In this document: positions 14,201-24,503 of the stretch, one piece after another | How positions within the stretch are numbered: the first letter of the stretch is position 1 | Layout of the letters: the number at the start of each line of letters is the position of its first letter | Source: Priapulus caudatus | Taxonomy: Eukaryota | NCBI RefSeq assembly: GCF_000485595.1 | Contig: NW_014577062.1 | Span: forward strand, 1-48,353 | Reading direction: 5' to 3' | Length of the DNA: 48,353 nucleotides | Made by a program: the position numbers and the translations under genes | Notes under the pieces: generated by a model | Database searches by the model: none | What the model was told of the DNA's origin: nothing | What the model saw: the letters and a program-made list of their open reading frames with translations, nothing else

Positions 14201-16093
14201 TAAAAGGTAGGCCCTGGTTATGGTAGTCATTATCAGCTTGCAATGATGTTTTCCTACGCATCGCCATAGATTCTTGTGGTGAGCTGATCTCTGTGCATAA
14301 TCAACCACTTCAATGTGATGATATACATGTAGAAATATCACTAAACGAACAACGCGGTCTTAAACGAATGACGTTAGCACTGGTCTGGCCCTCGTTGATT
14401 TATATTATGCATGGCATGCGTTGCCTCGGTTAAAGGGTGAGACGAAAAATCTATTCAGACCTACGAAGTTAGCCCTATTCAGCTTCAATAATCGTATTGA
14501 AACAAATGTACTTCCTGCTTCTACTGGTAGCCTTATTGGTCATTCTGGCCACGGGTCACCAAAGCAGATAGCCAACCAAACTGTCTGCCACGTTGTTGTT
14601 TGCAGAAAGTTACTTCTGGACTTTTCTCATTCTCTGAACAAAGTGGTGACGCCCTCAGAACACCTTCTACTTGTCACTATATTCATTTACCAGATGGCGG
14701 AGCTGGCATCATCACTAATACTGCATAAAGATAACAACTCACCTAGCAAACATGAAAATAAACATATAAAACGCAGCGAGATGAGTGGCATACAGTCCGT
14801 CGATATGAGCTCGCTCTGACACGAACAATCTACAAAGTTCAGCTCAAAAATTTGGATTTGCTTCAAACGTCTTTATTTGCTTCCATTTGTGATGTATTGA
14901 AGACATTGAAGACTGATAAAGACATTTGAAGCAATCCAATTTTGAGCTTGAACTTTGTAATTTTCGTGGTCACCGGGCCATATCATTCAATTTCTTTGGC
15001 CGGAACTAAGCAGTTTACTGCCGCAATGCTAGGCTTACTGGTGTCCCCTTCAGACAGCACAAAATGGTAAAATTTGGGGAAAAACTGGAGAGCTCATTCA
15101 CAGTGACTTGAACCTGGCAGACACAAAGCGCAAGTAGAGCCAGTGCATCAAATGGCTTCGAACATACACGTGGTCGAGTCGTATCAGCCGCCCGTGATGT
15201 AGCGCAATGGTGTTGTCAAACAAACAACCCCTAACATAATCGCCGTTTAAACCTGTTATTAATCTTAAATACTTCACCGCAGCCAAACCTATAAATATCC
15301 GGCTTGTCTGCTATTCTAATAAACAACTATACCTTATGTTACTCTTCTCACAAACAAATAACCATCGCTCTTAAAAAGATTTCCCACAATAAGATTTTAA
15401 ATCTGATTAAACAAAACAACAACAAAACTTTTCGCTCAGCGAAACATCCTCCCCCTCGGATGAGGACTTTTCCTCATACACCTTTAAAACCTCATTTCAA
15501 GACCTAAATATATTAACGTACACACATATATGCCTTTTACTCAAGCCGTTTTGATTTTACTATAGGCCTAGATGTGAATTTCTTACACTGGTCTACCCAG
15601 TGATCCGGAGAGCTGCACAGGTCCTTCCTGCTTATTCACCTCCTGATGCAAAAGCCTCCTGACGAAACCTATCCCCTCCATTTCACGGATCTGCTGGTCA
15701 TGGTATATGGATTAAAAATTAAATAGAAATTTTTTTAGACTTTCAACTCACTAAACATGCATTACAGATTTAAAATTTTAGCAATTCAGAAATCAGCACT
15801 CACTATAATCAGGAGTGGATAATAGAGCTAGATCACATCTCTATTATCCACTCCTGCTATAATGATGTCACTGCGTTGTGCTCACTATAACAAACCACAT
15901 TTTATATGCTTACTATTTGGATGCATGTGCAAACTTCACTAGAGCCATAACTTCTGTTAGAATCCTTGCATTCTGAGATGGAGTTCCTCCTTGCTTTAGC
16001 TGCATTTGCAACTGCTGTAGTTGATGCAACAAGGAAGCCTGTCCTCCTCTCATATCCGCCATTCCAGTTGGTCCAAGTTTACTTTGAATCTTT
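2859..16093 (-). CDS. FIGNL1: Fidgetin-like 1 AAA+ ATPase gene (multi-exon span)
   Basis: Manual splicing gives an in-phase GT-AG chain 11282-11410, 10702-10814, 10324-10498, 8083-8183, 7799-7878, 6856-7144, 6550-6713, 3296-3390, 2859-2987 (1275 nt including stop). It encodes [18 protein letters not shown], Walker A GPPGTGKT, pore loop SKWIGDGEK, Walker [31 protein letters not shown] and a C-terminal VRPSVS..W..FG segment. The 5' exons resemble the FIGNL1 N-terminus as I recall it. Confidence 0.93.
3296..3390 (-). CDS. FIGNL1: FIGNL1 exon (AAA lid)
   Basis: (G)[35 protein letters not shown] borders; phases match both neighbours. Confidence 0.93.
3531..3704. mobile_element. Fold-back MITE with internal TTAGGG/TAACCC repeats
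   Basis: About 65-bp inverted arms (ggtctatgtctccctgacctctgttt... / ...aaacagaggtcagggagacatatagacc) around telomere-like hexamers. The terminus is shared with the GGGTCTATGTCCCC family. Confidence 0.75.
3840..4845. mobile_element. Tc1/mariner(pogo)-like MITE carrying a nested Harbinger element
   Basis: TA|CAGTAAAACT...AGTTTACTG|TA imperfect TIRs; internal palindromic GACGACTTA motifs on both sides of the insert. Confidence 0.55.
4215..4585 (+). mobile_element. Internally deleted PIF/Harbinger element with MADF-domain remnant
   Basis: 15-bp TIR AGCYGGGCACACACG with a TAA duplication on both sides (4212-4214, 4586-4588). Frameshifted [29 protein letters not shown] is MADF/Myb-SANT-like, typical of Harbinger ORF1. 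Confidence 0.8.
5500..6202 (-). mobile_element. HINE/DINE-like non-autonomous element (partial)
   Basis: Internal repeated blocks (AAAGTAGGTCRACTG...TCTCCCAT x3), GACG microsatellite, terminal hairpin agcccatcttgac..gtcaaggtgagct followed by AAAA. Left limit approximate. Confidence 0.55.
6550..6713 (-). CDS. FIGNL1: FIGNL1 exon (SRH/arginine fingers)
   Basis: [22 protein letters not shown]...[13 protein letters not shown] borders. Confidence 0.95.
6856..7144 (-). CDS. FIGNL1: FIGNL1 exon (pore loop, Walker B)
   Basis: [58 protein letters not shown]...VVGATN; AG/GT borders. Confidence 0.96.
7460..7640. repeat. Compound (TA)n-(GA)n microsatellite
   Basis: Directly visible; other GA/GGA tracts at about 5085-5180, 8213-8268, 29690-29773 and 47640-47810. 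Confidence 0.95.
7799..7878 (-). CDS. FIGNL1: FIGNL1 exon (Walker A)
   Basis: [30 protein letters not shown] borders. Confidence 0.95.
8083..8183 (-). CDS. FIGNL1: FIGNL1 exon
   Basis: [33 protein letters not shown]; donor gtatg; acceptor tttgag. Confidence 0.93.
8605..8865. mobile_element. hAT-like MITE with 8-bp target duplication
   Basis: CAGTGGCGCC...GGCGCTAGTG flanked by GTACCCAG twice (8597-8604, 8866-8873). The uninterrupted host sequence is seen at about 27554-27590. Confidence 0.75.
9103..9498. mobile_element. MITE with about 55-bp TIRs
   Basis: catgcgtctaaacagaggaattgctccgacctgtgattggag at 9106 and its reverse complement at about 9452-9493. Confidence 0.7.
10324..10498 (-). CDS. 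FIGNL1: FIGNL1 exon (FxxP motif, linker)
   Basis: [14 protein letters not shown]...[25 protein letters not shown] borders, in phase. Confidence 0.9.
10702..10814 (-). CDS. FIGNL1: FIGNL1 exon (KKSLG motif)
   Basis: [41 protein letters not shown] borders, in phase. Confidence 0.88.
11282..11410 (-). CDS. FIGNL1: FIGNL1 exon (FxxA RAD51-binding-type motif)
   Basis: AASFASDCG...[13 protein letters not shown]; open, phase 0-0; ttatag/gtgggt borders. Confidence 0.85.
11524..12862 (-). mobile_element. HINE/DINE-like Helentron derivative
   Basis: aacaagtgccgcagagcgacagggctcatctg ... GACG-rich tract ... gtcagatgagctaaa; subTIR GCTCATCTG at both ends; inserted in A/T runs. Confidence 0.7.
12948..13040 (-). 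CDS. FIGNL1: Probable FIGNL1 exon (noisy sequence)
   Basis: tttacag acceptor and GAG|gtg phase-0 donor, which fits the exon at 11410 once the intervening HINE element is treated as intron. The duplicate at 16436-16521 differs by indels. Confidence 0.5.
14199..14290 (-). CDS. FIGNL1: Tentative FIGNL1 exon (noisy sequence)
   Basis: gcacag acceptor and ATG|gtcagt donor are present in both copies; the duplicate at 17603-17679 reads ISHPKSMHAWKTS. Confidence 0.35.
14512..14720 (-). CDS. FIGNL1: FIGNL1 second coding exon (frameshifted in this assembly)
   Basis: atgcag|T ATT AGT GAT GAT. The duplicate at 17879-18051 reads ISDDAARHLGNEYMEKYEAVL, which resembles vertebrate FIGNL1 ISQVCATKLFKKYAEKYSAII as I recall it. 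The phase completes the TA| of the exon at 15914. Donor position is approximate. Confidence 0.65.
15914..16062 (-). CDS. FIGNL1: FIGNL1 probable first coding exon (exon acceptor at 16094)
   Basis: [49 protein letters not shown] followed by TA|gtaagc. KFAHASK-Y-ISDD parallels the QYAWANS-E-ISQ segment of the FIGNL1 N-terminus. Confidence 0.7.
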
Positions 16094-16299
16094 CTGTAAA
16101 TAGCACAGGGCACGTTTAAATTGACTCTTAGTTTTAGGTTTTCAGATAACACACACTCAGAATGAAATGATTGCAAAATTTTACACGCATACGTTTAGCT
16201 TCCAAATTTTATTTTTAAGCTATACGTTCTATCTACAGATTACACCACAAAACCTAGAATCTTATCTGGAAGCTCTAACTGTGTACATCAGAGCAAAAA

Positions 16300-18213
16300 C
16301 GCACGCTCATGCAATTCTACAAGCTGCATCTGACTATGTCAGATGAGCTAAAAATAGTGTTTAAGGACACACACAAAATACGCTACACACATAAGGCACT
16401 GCTAGCAAGTGATGTGCAACAATAATTACTTTCACCTCAACAGGTTGGCTGAATTCGTTCAGAGGCATAGGTGCAGATGGCTTTCTTCTACCAGGAAGTG
16501 CTGTTTTATGATGATAAAGATCTGTAAAGCAATACAATAGTTCCCACAAGAAAAAAGCACTATGTAACTAAATAACTAGAGTATATATCACAGTATCTAA
16601 AGGAACGATATTAAAAAAATATTTTCAATTCATTTTTAATTAAATTAAATGTATAAATTCAAAAATACAAATCAGCAAATACCATCTGTCTTCCTCTTCC
16701 TGTCACCCCTGATCTGCAGTTTCTCCACATTCAGATCCTGTCCTATTACATTCGCAGTGGTACTTGAGATACGACGTTCTTGTGAATCATCCTACGAATG
16801 ACGAAGCATTACACATGATTTCTCTTTGCTCTGTGCTTTTACAACTTCAACTACATGAACTGACTGATTGACTATCCGTTATATATACATGAAAACTAAT
16901 TTATTTAAAATTGTTAGCTAATTAAAATTGTAAATCAAACATGAAATTGATTAATAATCTGGTTATTTTGATTAAGTAGTATGCTTGCAGGGGTTTTTCA
17001 CATATTGCATTTATAGTGATGCATTGCCATTTGTTACATACTGGCAATAAATTGTGCAATGCAAAACCAACCAATTTAAACCCAGTATCATGCTTACTGC
17101 AAATATATTATAGCAAGTATGTGTATAAACATACATTAATTATATATAGACATAATATACACGTATATGGTTGGCCATCGTAATCAGAAATTAGTGCCCT
17201 TTTACCCAATCAGGGGCCTTGTTACACATAATTTAACCAAGAATAAATTATTTTTACTGCAGTAAAAATAATTTAACCGCTGCAAAATTATACCCCTTTT
17301 ACCCAATCAGAAGCCTTAATTGTTACACATGATTTAACCACAGATATAGATGATTTGAACCGCAGTTAAATTATGTGTTACAATGCCTCTGATTGAGTGA
17401 AAGGGCTATAACTTTACCGTGGTTAAACTATTTCTACCGCGGTAAAAACAATTGTTTCGGAGTACGATGGCCAACCATACACGGTATGCATGTGAGCACA
17501 CATACACACATATACATTATGGCTCCAAATTATGTTTATGGTCATTGTATTATAATAGTTAAATAGCTTTTTCATTAGAACTAGAAGGAAGTTTATACTG
17601 ACCATAAAAGTAGCTGGATGGTAGTCATTATCATCTGAAGATGTTTTCCAAGCATGCATAGATTTTGGGTGACTGATCTCTGTGCATAAATAAACACTTA
17701 AATGTGCATGATGATATACATGAGAAATATCATAAACGGAAAAGTGTTAAAAATACGTAGCACTGGTCTGGCTCTTGATTTATATTTATGGCATCCTTGG
17801 GTAAAGGGTGAGACGAAAAATCTATTAGACATAGAAGTTGAGCTATTCAGTTCAATAATTATTGAAAACAACATGTACTTCCCGCTTATTGCAGCTTATT
17901 GTCCTTCTGCAGGTACAAGCAAAGCCACAAACTCTGCTGTTTTTGAGAGTTACCTTCTGATTTTCCACTGGAAAAAGTGTGGCCCTTCAGAACAGCTTCA
18001 TACTTTTCCATATATTCATTTCCCAGATGGCGAGCTGCATCATCACTAATACTGCATAAATATAAAACTCACCTTCAAACATGAAAATAAACATATAAAA
18101 CGCAGCTAGATGATGCATACAGTGGTGATATGGCTCGCTGACCACGAAAATTACAAAGTTCAAGCTCAAAATTGGATTGCTTCAAACGTCTTTATTTGCT
18201 TCCATTTGTGATG
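16300..18213 (+). repeat. Indel-rich direct duplicate of about 12808-14893
   Basis: Colinear match throughout; ends exactly at the 25-N gap; differences are mostly 1-2 nt indels. Confidence 0.9.
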
Positions 18214-18238
18214 NNNNNNNNNNNNNNNNNNNNNNNNN
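18214..18238. other. Assembly gap of exactly 25 N
   Basis: N run. Other gaps at 29774-29783, 42174-43109 and 45681-45980. Confidence 0.99.
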
Positions 18239-19200
18239 GCCCCCGCCCTACTCCCGCCCGCATACGCCGGGCTAATGCATGCTATGACCGGTAGTAACGT
18301 GTACCTAACTATCATATGAGTGAACGATTTGAGTTACATTTCTATAAATTCTAGATGTTAATGCACACTGTATAGACACATGTCTTCAGCTTTAATGCTG
18401 CGCTGAATTTTTGAGCTATTGAAGCACGATAGTTTAATAATTAGGCAAATATCACATCGGTATCGGCTCATAGCGCTAATACACGTGGCGCATGACCGTG
18501 AACCGAAAGTCACGAAGTCTATTTTTTATCTCTCCAATCACAGTCGGAGCAATCCTCTGTTTAGACGCATGTGTAACACATGAGTGTCAGTATATCTGTC
18601 GTAGCTCTAGTACGATAGCTAGTATGTAAGTGTAGACTGCTCCATAGAACCGTACTTGCTAATCACTTTGTATTTATAACAAATCGTCGCACTGCTCGTC
18701 GTGCTATAGTAGCTGTGTGACGCCACGGCCCCGGCAACAGGCACCTGAAGTCATCACTTAGTTAGGCTTAATAGGGTCTAATGTCCCCCAGGTAGCTGGC
18801 GGAAAACGTACCTGGGTAGCCACTGGCGCCCACAGGCTTAAGAAAGTAGAAGCAGGCAGAAGGATAAAATCTCAGTGATAATAGAGAAAGGGCAGGCGCG
18901 CAGCATTCTAGGAGTCCATGGGCATGTTCCCCCTGAAAAAATTTTGATGTAGACGTCTGGAGATGTCAATCTGGAGAGTTCTTGCGAGAGATTTAGGAAC
19001 AAAATGTAGAAACAAAATTTTTTAACCCAAAATTACTAGGAAAGGCACGGCTTCAGTGCTTCTCACTGCAGCGCCAACTGCTCGGTAAGGGTCCGGTATA
19101 CCGGAACGTACCCTGGATAACTATCTGATAATGGTTAGGGTAGGGAGTAGGCGTAGCGACTCATAGACTCGATCGTTAGTGAGTAGGCGAGTAGCGGTCC
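18239..19200 (-). repeat. Indel-rich inverted duplicate of about 8480-9440
   Basis: Reverse-complement match including the nested hAT-like MITE; starts exactly at the gap. Confidence 0.88.
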
Positions 19201-20059
19201 GGCATATTAGATAGGTACAGGGTACGTTCCGCAGTACCGCTGGGGACATAGACCCTCCAGCTAGTTAGAAGCGTTTCAGATAATAAAATGATGGTAAATA
19301 ACATGATATGTATTTACGTATGACCAATTAGCCTTAGTGAAGTACTACGTGTTCCTACTGCTCTTCACAGCTGATTATTGGTAAATGCTGTAACGTAAGT
19401 GCCGTTCAAATGACTTGCAATACAGCAATGTCACCACAATCAACAAGACACACGCACAATCAAAAGAACAACACGCACAATCAAAAAGAACAAGCACCAC
19501 AAATCAACAAGAACAACAGCCAAAACAACGAAGAACAAACACCACAATCAACAAGAACAACACCACAAACAACCAAATTACAGCAAAAACAACAACAAAA
19601 TGTTGTATATATATATATATTAACGAAGGAACACCAACAAGAAAATTAACAACAAAACTAATTTTGTTTGTGCACAGCTGCGTGCGTGCGGTGTACTTGT
19701 GTGTTGCAGAGGAGCATTTGAAGGGTATTACAGAAAACTATCAGTAATAATAGGCAAAAAGAGTAGAGAAACATTAAAGACTTTGGTAGTAAATACATTT
19801 TGTGTTTATTTACCATCATTTAATTATTGAAATGGTCCAAGTGCTGTGATCTCTATCATTATCATTTCAAATACATAATATTGTGCTGTAGACCCATTCC
19901 TTGATGTAGTCCAGATACGACCCTATAACCTTGTGTTTGCGTTCAATTCTATTTTATAACCCCGTACACACATGATTGTTTTTTTATGATTAGAGAATTA
20001 GACTTAGCCAGTTAGGGCATTTATGAGTGCCATATAAGTAGCTCTACATGTGTAGCCCT

Positions 20060-21510
20060 TTGCTCTGATGTACACAGTTTAGAGCTTCCAGATAAGATCT
20101 AGTTTTGTGTGTATATCTGTAGATAGAGACGTATAGCTTAAAAAATATAATTTGAAGCTAAACGTAGCGTGTAAAATGTTGGCAATGCAATTTCCATTCT
20201 GAGTGTGTGTTATCTGAAAACGCTAAAACTAAGAGTCATTTAAACGTGCCGGTGCTCTTTACAGAAAGATCAAAGTAAACTGGACGCAAACTGGAATGGC
20301 GGATATGAGAGGAGGAGCAGGCTCCTTGTTGGCATCAACTAAGCAGTTGCAAAGTGCAGCTAAACAAGGAGGAACTCCATCTCAGAATCAAAGGATTCTA
20401 AGCAAGCAGTTATGGCTCTAGTGAAGTTTGCACATGCACCAAATAGTAAAGCATATAAACATGTGTTTGTTATCGTGACACAACGCAGTGACATCATTAT
20501 ACCAGCATGGGGGAGTGGATAATGAGAGATGTGATCAGCTCTAGTTATCCGACTTCTGATTATAGTGGAGTGCTAATTTTCGAATTGCTAAAATTTTAAA
20601 TCTGTAATCAATGTTTAGTGAGTGAAATGGTCTATAAAATATTCTATTGTTAATTTTTAATCTATTATACCATGACTCAGCAAGAGCGTGAAATGGAGGG
20701 ATGGGTTCGGTCAGAGGCTTTTGGCCTCAGGGAGGTGAAATAAGCAGGATAGGACGTTGTGCAGCTCCTCCGGATCATGGGAGACCAGTGTAAGAAAATT
20801 CACATGCTAGGCCTATAGTAAAATCAAAACGGCTTGAGTAAAACTAAAAGGCACTAATATGTGTGTAACGTTAAATATATTAGGTCTTGAATGAAAAGGT
20901 TAAAGGTTATGAGGAAATAGTCCTCATCCGAGGGGAGGATGTTTCGCTGAGGGGCAAAAAGTTTGTTGTTGTTTTGTTTAATCAAGATTTAAAATCGTAT
21001 TGTGGGAGATCTTTTAAGGCGATGGTTCTTTGTTTGTGTGAAGAAGAGCAACATAAGGTATAGTTTGTTTATAGAATAGCAGACAAGCCGGATATTTATA
21101 GGTTTGGCTGCGGTGGAAGTATTTAAGATTCAATAACAGGTTTAAACGGGGCGATTAGGTTAGGGGTTGTTTGTTGCACCAACACCATTGCGGGCTCAGT
21201 CACGGCGGCAGATACGACTTCGACCACGTGTATGTTCGAAGCCGATTGATGCAGCTGCTCTACTTGCGCTTTGTGTCTGCCAGTTCAAGTCACTGGGTGA
21301 ATGAGCTCTCCAGTTTTCCACAAATTTGTACCGTTTGTGCTGTCTGAAGGACACCAGTAAGCGCTAGCATTGTGGCAGTAAATCTAGGTCTATAGTCCGG
21401 CCCAAGAAATGGAATGATATGGCGCGGTGAACCACGAAATTACAAAAGTTAAGCTCAAAATGATTGCTTCAAAATGTCCTTTATCAGTCTCAAATGTCTC
21501 AATACACAAA
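20060..21510 (-). repeat. Indel-rich inverted duplicate of about 14890-16293 (frameshifted copy of FIGNL1 exon 1 on + strand)
   Basis: e.g. ggaatggcggatatgagaggagg at 20293 is the reverse complement of about 16043-16065. Confidence 0.88.
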
Positions 21511-22419
21511 TGGCAAGTACTATTATAACTACTACTACTAGTACTAGGAGCTATCCAGTACACGTGTTTACTTGTTGTGTTGTTACGTGTACACAGAGGC
21601 ACTTCTTGCAGAGAGTCAGACCACATTCGCAGGTCCTGGGGTGGCGTTGTGCTTATTTCAGTTTTACGAACTATGTTAGAACTATGCAAGCCGTACGGAT
21701 CGGTCTATAAATCAAGTATGAAACCGATTTATCAATTTTTTTAAATATATTTGTGATATTATTATAATTATATGACAAAACGGCTTCGATGCCTCAAATT
21801 ACCACTTACAATGTATTGGGCGATTTTCCGGTGTAATGCGATTGTGGCGACATCTGCGGACTGATTGTGCAATAAAAACCGCCACGCGCTATGGTGTTTA
21901 TATGTTATTATATGTTATTATATGCCATGTTTATTAATTCATTAATAAAAATGGTGGTAGATGGCGTTTTTATAGGAGGCATTTTATCTAGCATTTTAGA
22001 GATTCTATAATACTATATATATGAAAATGGCGGTAAATAATGGCAGCAAAAATAGTGCATTGGCGATTATATGATTTTGAAGAATTTTAGCTAAGCAGTT
22101 AAGGAATTTTACATAGGCCCAATGGTGAGTATTAGGTCGGTGATTCCGCATAGCCTTATATGTTATAGGGAACACTGCAGTGATTCCGCACCCACACAAA
22201 CAATTTGTTAACCCCTACTTAGATGATATAAGTAAGAAAAAACTTTAGGTAATTGTGTGAAGCCAAGTAAGGTAGGTAAGGTATATATGTGTTACATTAG
22301 TAATAATAACTGTAATAATTATAATAATATGTAGTTCGTGGATGATGGTTAAAGTATTAATTCATATTCGATAAAAGATTAATTCAGAACCAATGAATGA
22401 AACAGCTGCTTATTAAAAG

Positions 22420-23575
22420 ATTCCCGATTGGTTGATTGATAGGAGGTTCAGGATTAGTCGGCTGCTAGGAGGACCCTGATTGGTTGGCTGCGTTTAAGCT
22501 CCTGATTGGCCGGCTGTTAGGAGGCTCCTGATTGGTCAATTGCTAGGAGGCTCCTGATTGGTCGATTGTTAGGAAGCTCCTGATTGGCCGGCTGCTATGA
22601 GGCCCCTGATTGGTCGATTGTTAGGAGGACCATGATTGGCTGGCTGCTACAAGCCCCTTGATTGGCTGGCTTCTAGGAGGCTCCTGATTGCTCGATTGCT
22701 AGGAGGCTCCTGATTGGCTGGCTGCTACAAGCCCCCTGATTGGCTGGCTGCTACAAGGCCCCTGATTGGTCGATTGTTAAGATGCTCTTGATTGGCCGGC
22801 TGCAACAAGGTTCCTGATTGGTCGGCAATCAGGAGCCTCATAGCAGCCAACCAATCAGGGGCCTCCTAGCAGCCAACCAATCAGGGGCCTTATAGCAACC
22901 GACCAATCAGGGTCCTCCTTGCAACCGACCAGTCAGGAGCCTTGTTGCAGCCGACCAATCAGGAGCCTCGTAGCAGCTGGCCAATCAGGAGCCTTCTAGC
23001 AGCCGACCAATCAGGGGCCTCCTAGCAGCCTACCAATCAGGGGCCTCGTAGCAGCCAACCAATCAGGGGCCTTATAGCAACCGACCAATCAGGGTCCTCC
23101 TTGCAACCGACCAGTCAGGAGCCTTGTTGCAGCCGGCCAATCAGGAGCCTCGTAGCAGCCGGCCAATCAAGAGCCTCCTAGCAGCTGACCAATCAGGGGC
23201 TTCCTAGCAGCCGACCAATCAGGAGCCTCGTAGCAGCTGGCCAATCAGGAGCCTTCTAGCAGCCGACCAATCAGGGGCCTCCTAGCAGCCTACCAATCAG
23301 GAGCCTCGTAGCTGCCGACCAATTAGGAGCCTCCTAGCAGCCAACCAATCCGGGGCATCCTCGCAGCTGATCAATCAGGAGCCTCGTAGCAGCCGGCCAA
23401 TCAGGAGCCTTGTAGCAGCCGACTAATCAGGGGCCTCGTAGCAGCCGATCAATCAGGGGCCTCATAGCAGCCAGCCAATCAGGAGCCTCGTAGCAGCCGG
23501 CCAATCAGGAGCCTCTTAGCAATCGACCAATCAGAAGCCTCGTAGAACAGGAGGCTCCTGATTGATTGGCTGCAT
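22420..23575. repeat. Inverted 26-bp minisatellite of CCAAT boxes
   Basis: Unit CCAATCAGGRGCCTCSTAGCAGCCRR; about 15 units in ATTGG orientation, a flip near 22825, then about 27 units in CCAAT orientation. Confidence 0.95.
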
Positions 23576-24503
23576 GTGCATTTAAATAGGGTTAGGGTTA
23601 GGGTTAGGGCAGAGCATATAAATCAAATTAGTTGATTTATATGCTCTGGTTATAAAGGTTAGGGTCACAATGCAACATAAAACAGAAGTTTGAGGCACGT
23701 GATTTGTATCAACCAATGGCAGCGCTCACTAGAGCCCTATGTTCTTGATTATCCTAGGAAAAATAATCAAGCGGCCTGCCACACGCCACAGCCTTAGGCC
23801 ACACCTAGCTACGCCTGCAACACATCGATCCTAGATGATTTTCTGAATTGACTGCGTATGTCCACCGCTTACTGGAATGCCAACATCTATTCCATATAGT
23901 CCAATAACCTAATAACCTTATATTGATTAGTCGTCAAAGCCCAATTAATTATGTCAAAGACGAGATATATATATATAACAAATAAAATCTATATTATATA
24001 TATACTGTAATATATAATATAGATCATTGAGAGATCAACACGAGAGATCAATAGATAGATCAACACTGCGGATTGCAGTAGAATCATTATTCCCCAATAA
24101 CAGCTAGGAATAATCACTTCAATGCTTCAAACTCAAAATTGCCGCCTTTCTGGCACAGACAGTATATACGAGTGAGTGTGCGAACTGACGAACATGCTTC
24201 AGCAGTAGGAGTGACTTTGTCCAGTTTGCTTAGGTTTAATAATATGCACATACATCAAGAGCTCATAACAGATCTCTATTATGAGCTCGATCTTGACATA
24301 CATGTATATAAAATATGTGGCTAGATAACCATCCTAAATAACAGAGTGAATAAAAACAAATGTGTTTTAGGCCTATTTCACTCCTGATACTAACCGTAAC
24401 TAACGGATCAGTTTGCGCACGTGTGTATCTATGGTATGGTATATCTATGATCTAACCAACCCATAATATCGTTTGTATCAGTACTGCAAATCAGTAGTGC
24501 CCT

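Noticed and set aside
14742..14890. Candidate exon ending in AG|gtgagt
   Set aside because: The donor is only about 20 nt from the next acceptor; exon 15914-16062 fits phase and homology better.
19410..19747. Q/N/T-rich ORFs
   Set aside because: Degenerate (CAA)n tract inside MITE-like arms.
20264..20446. Separate plus-strand gene or FIGNL1 paralogue
   Set aside because: Frameshifted inverted copy of exon 15914-16093 with the same flanking intron sequence; no downstream exons in that orientation.
22420..23575. CRISPR array or coding repeat
   Set aside because: The variable parts are point variants of one 26-bp unit, not spacers; the unit length is not a multiple of three.
23586..23609. True telomere or chromosome fusion site
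   Set aside because: Only about four TTAGGG units; such runs are MITE-associated throughout the window.
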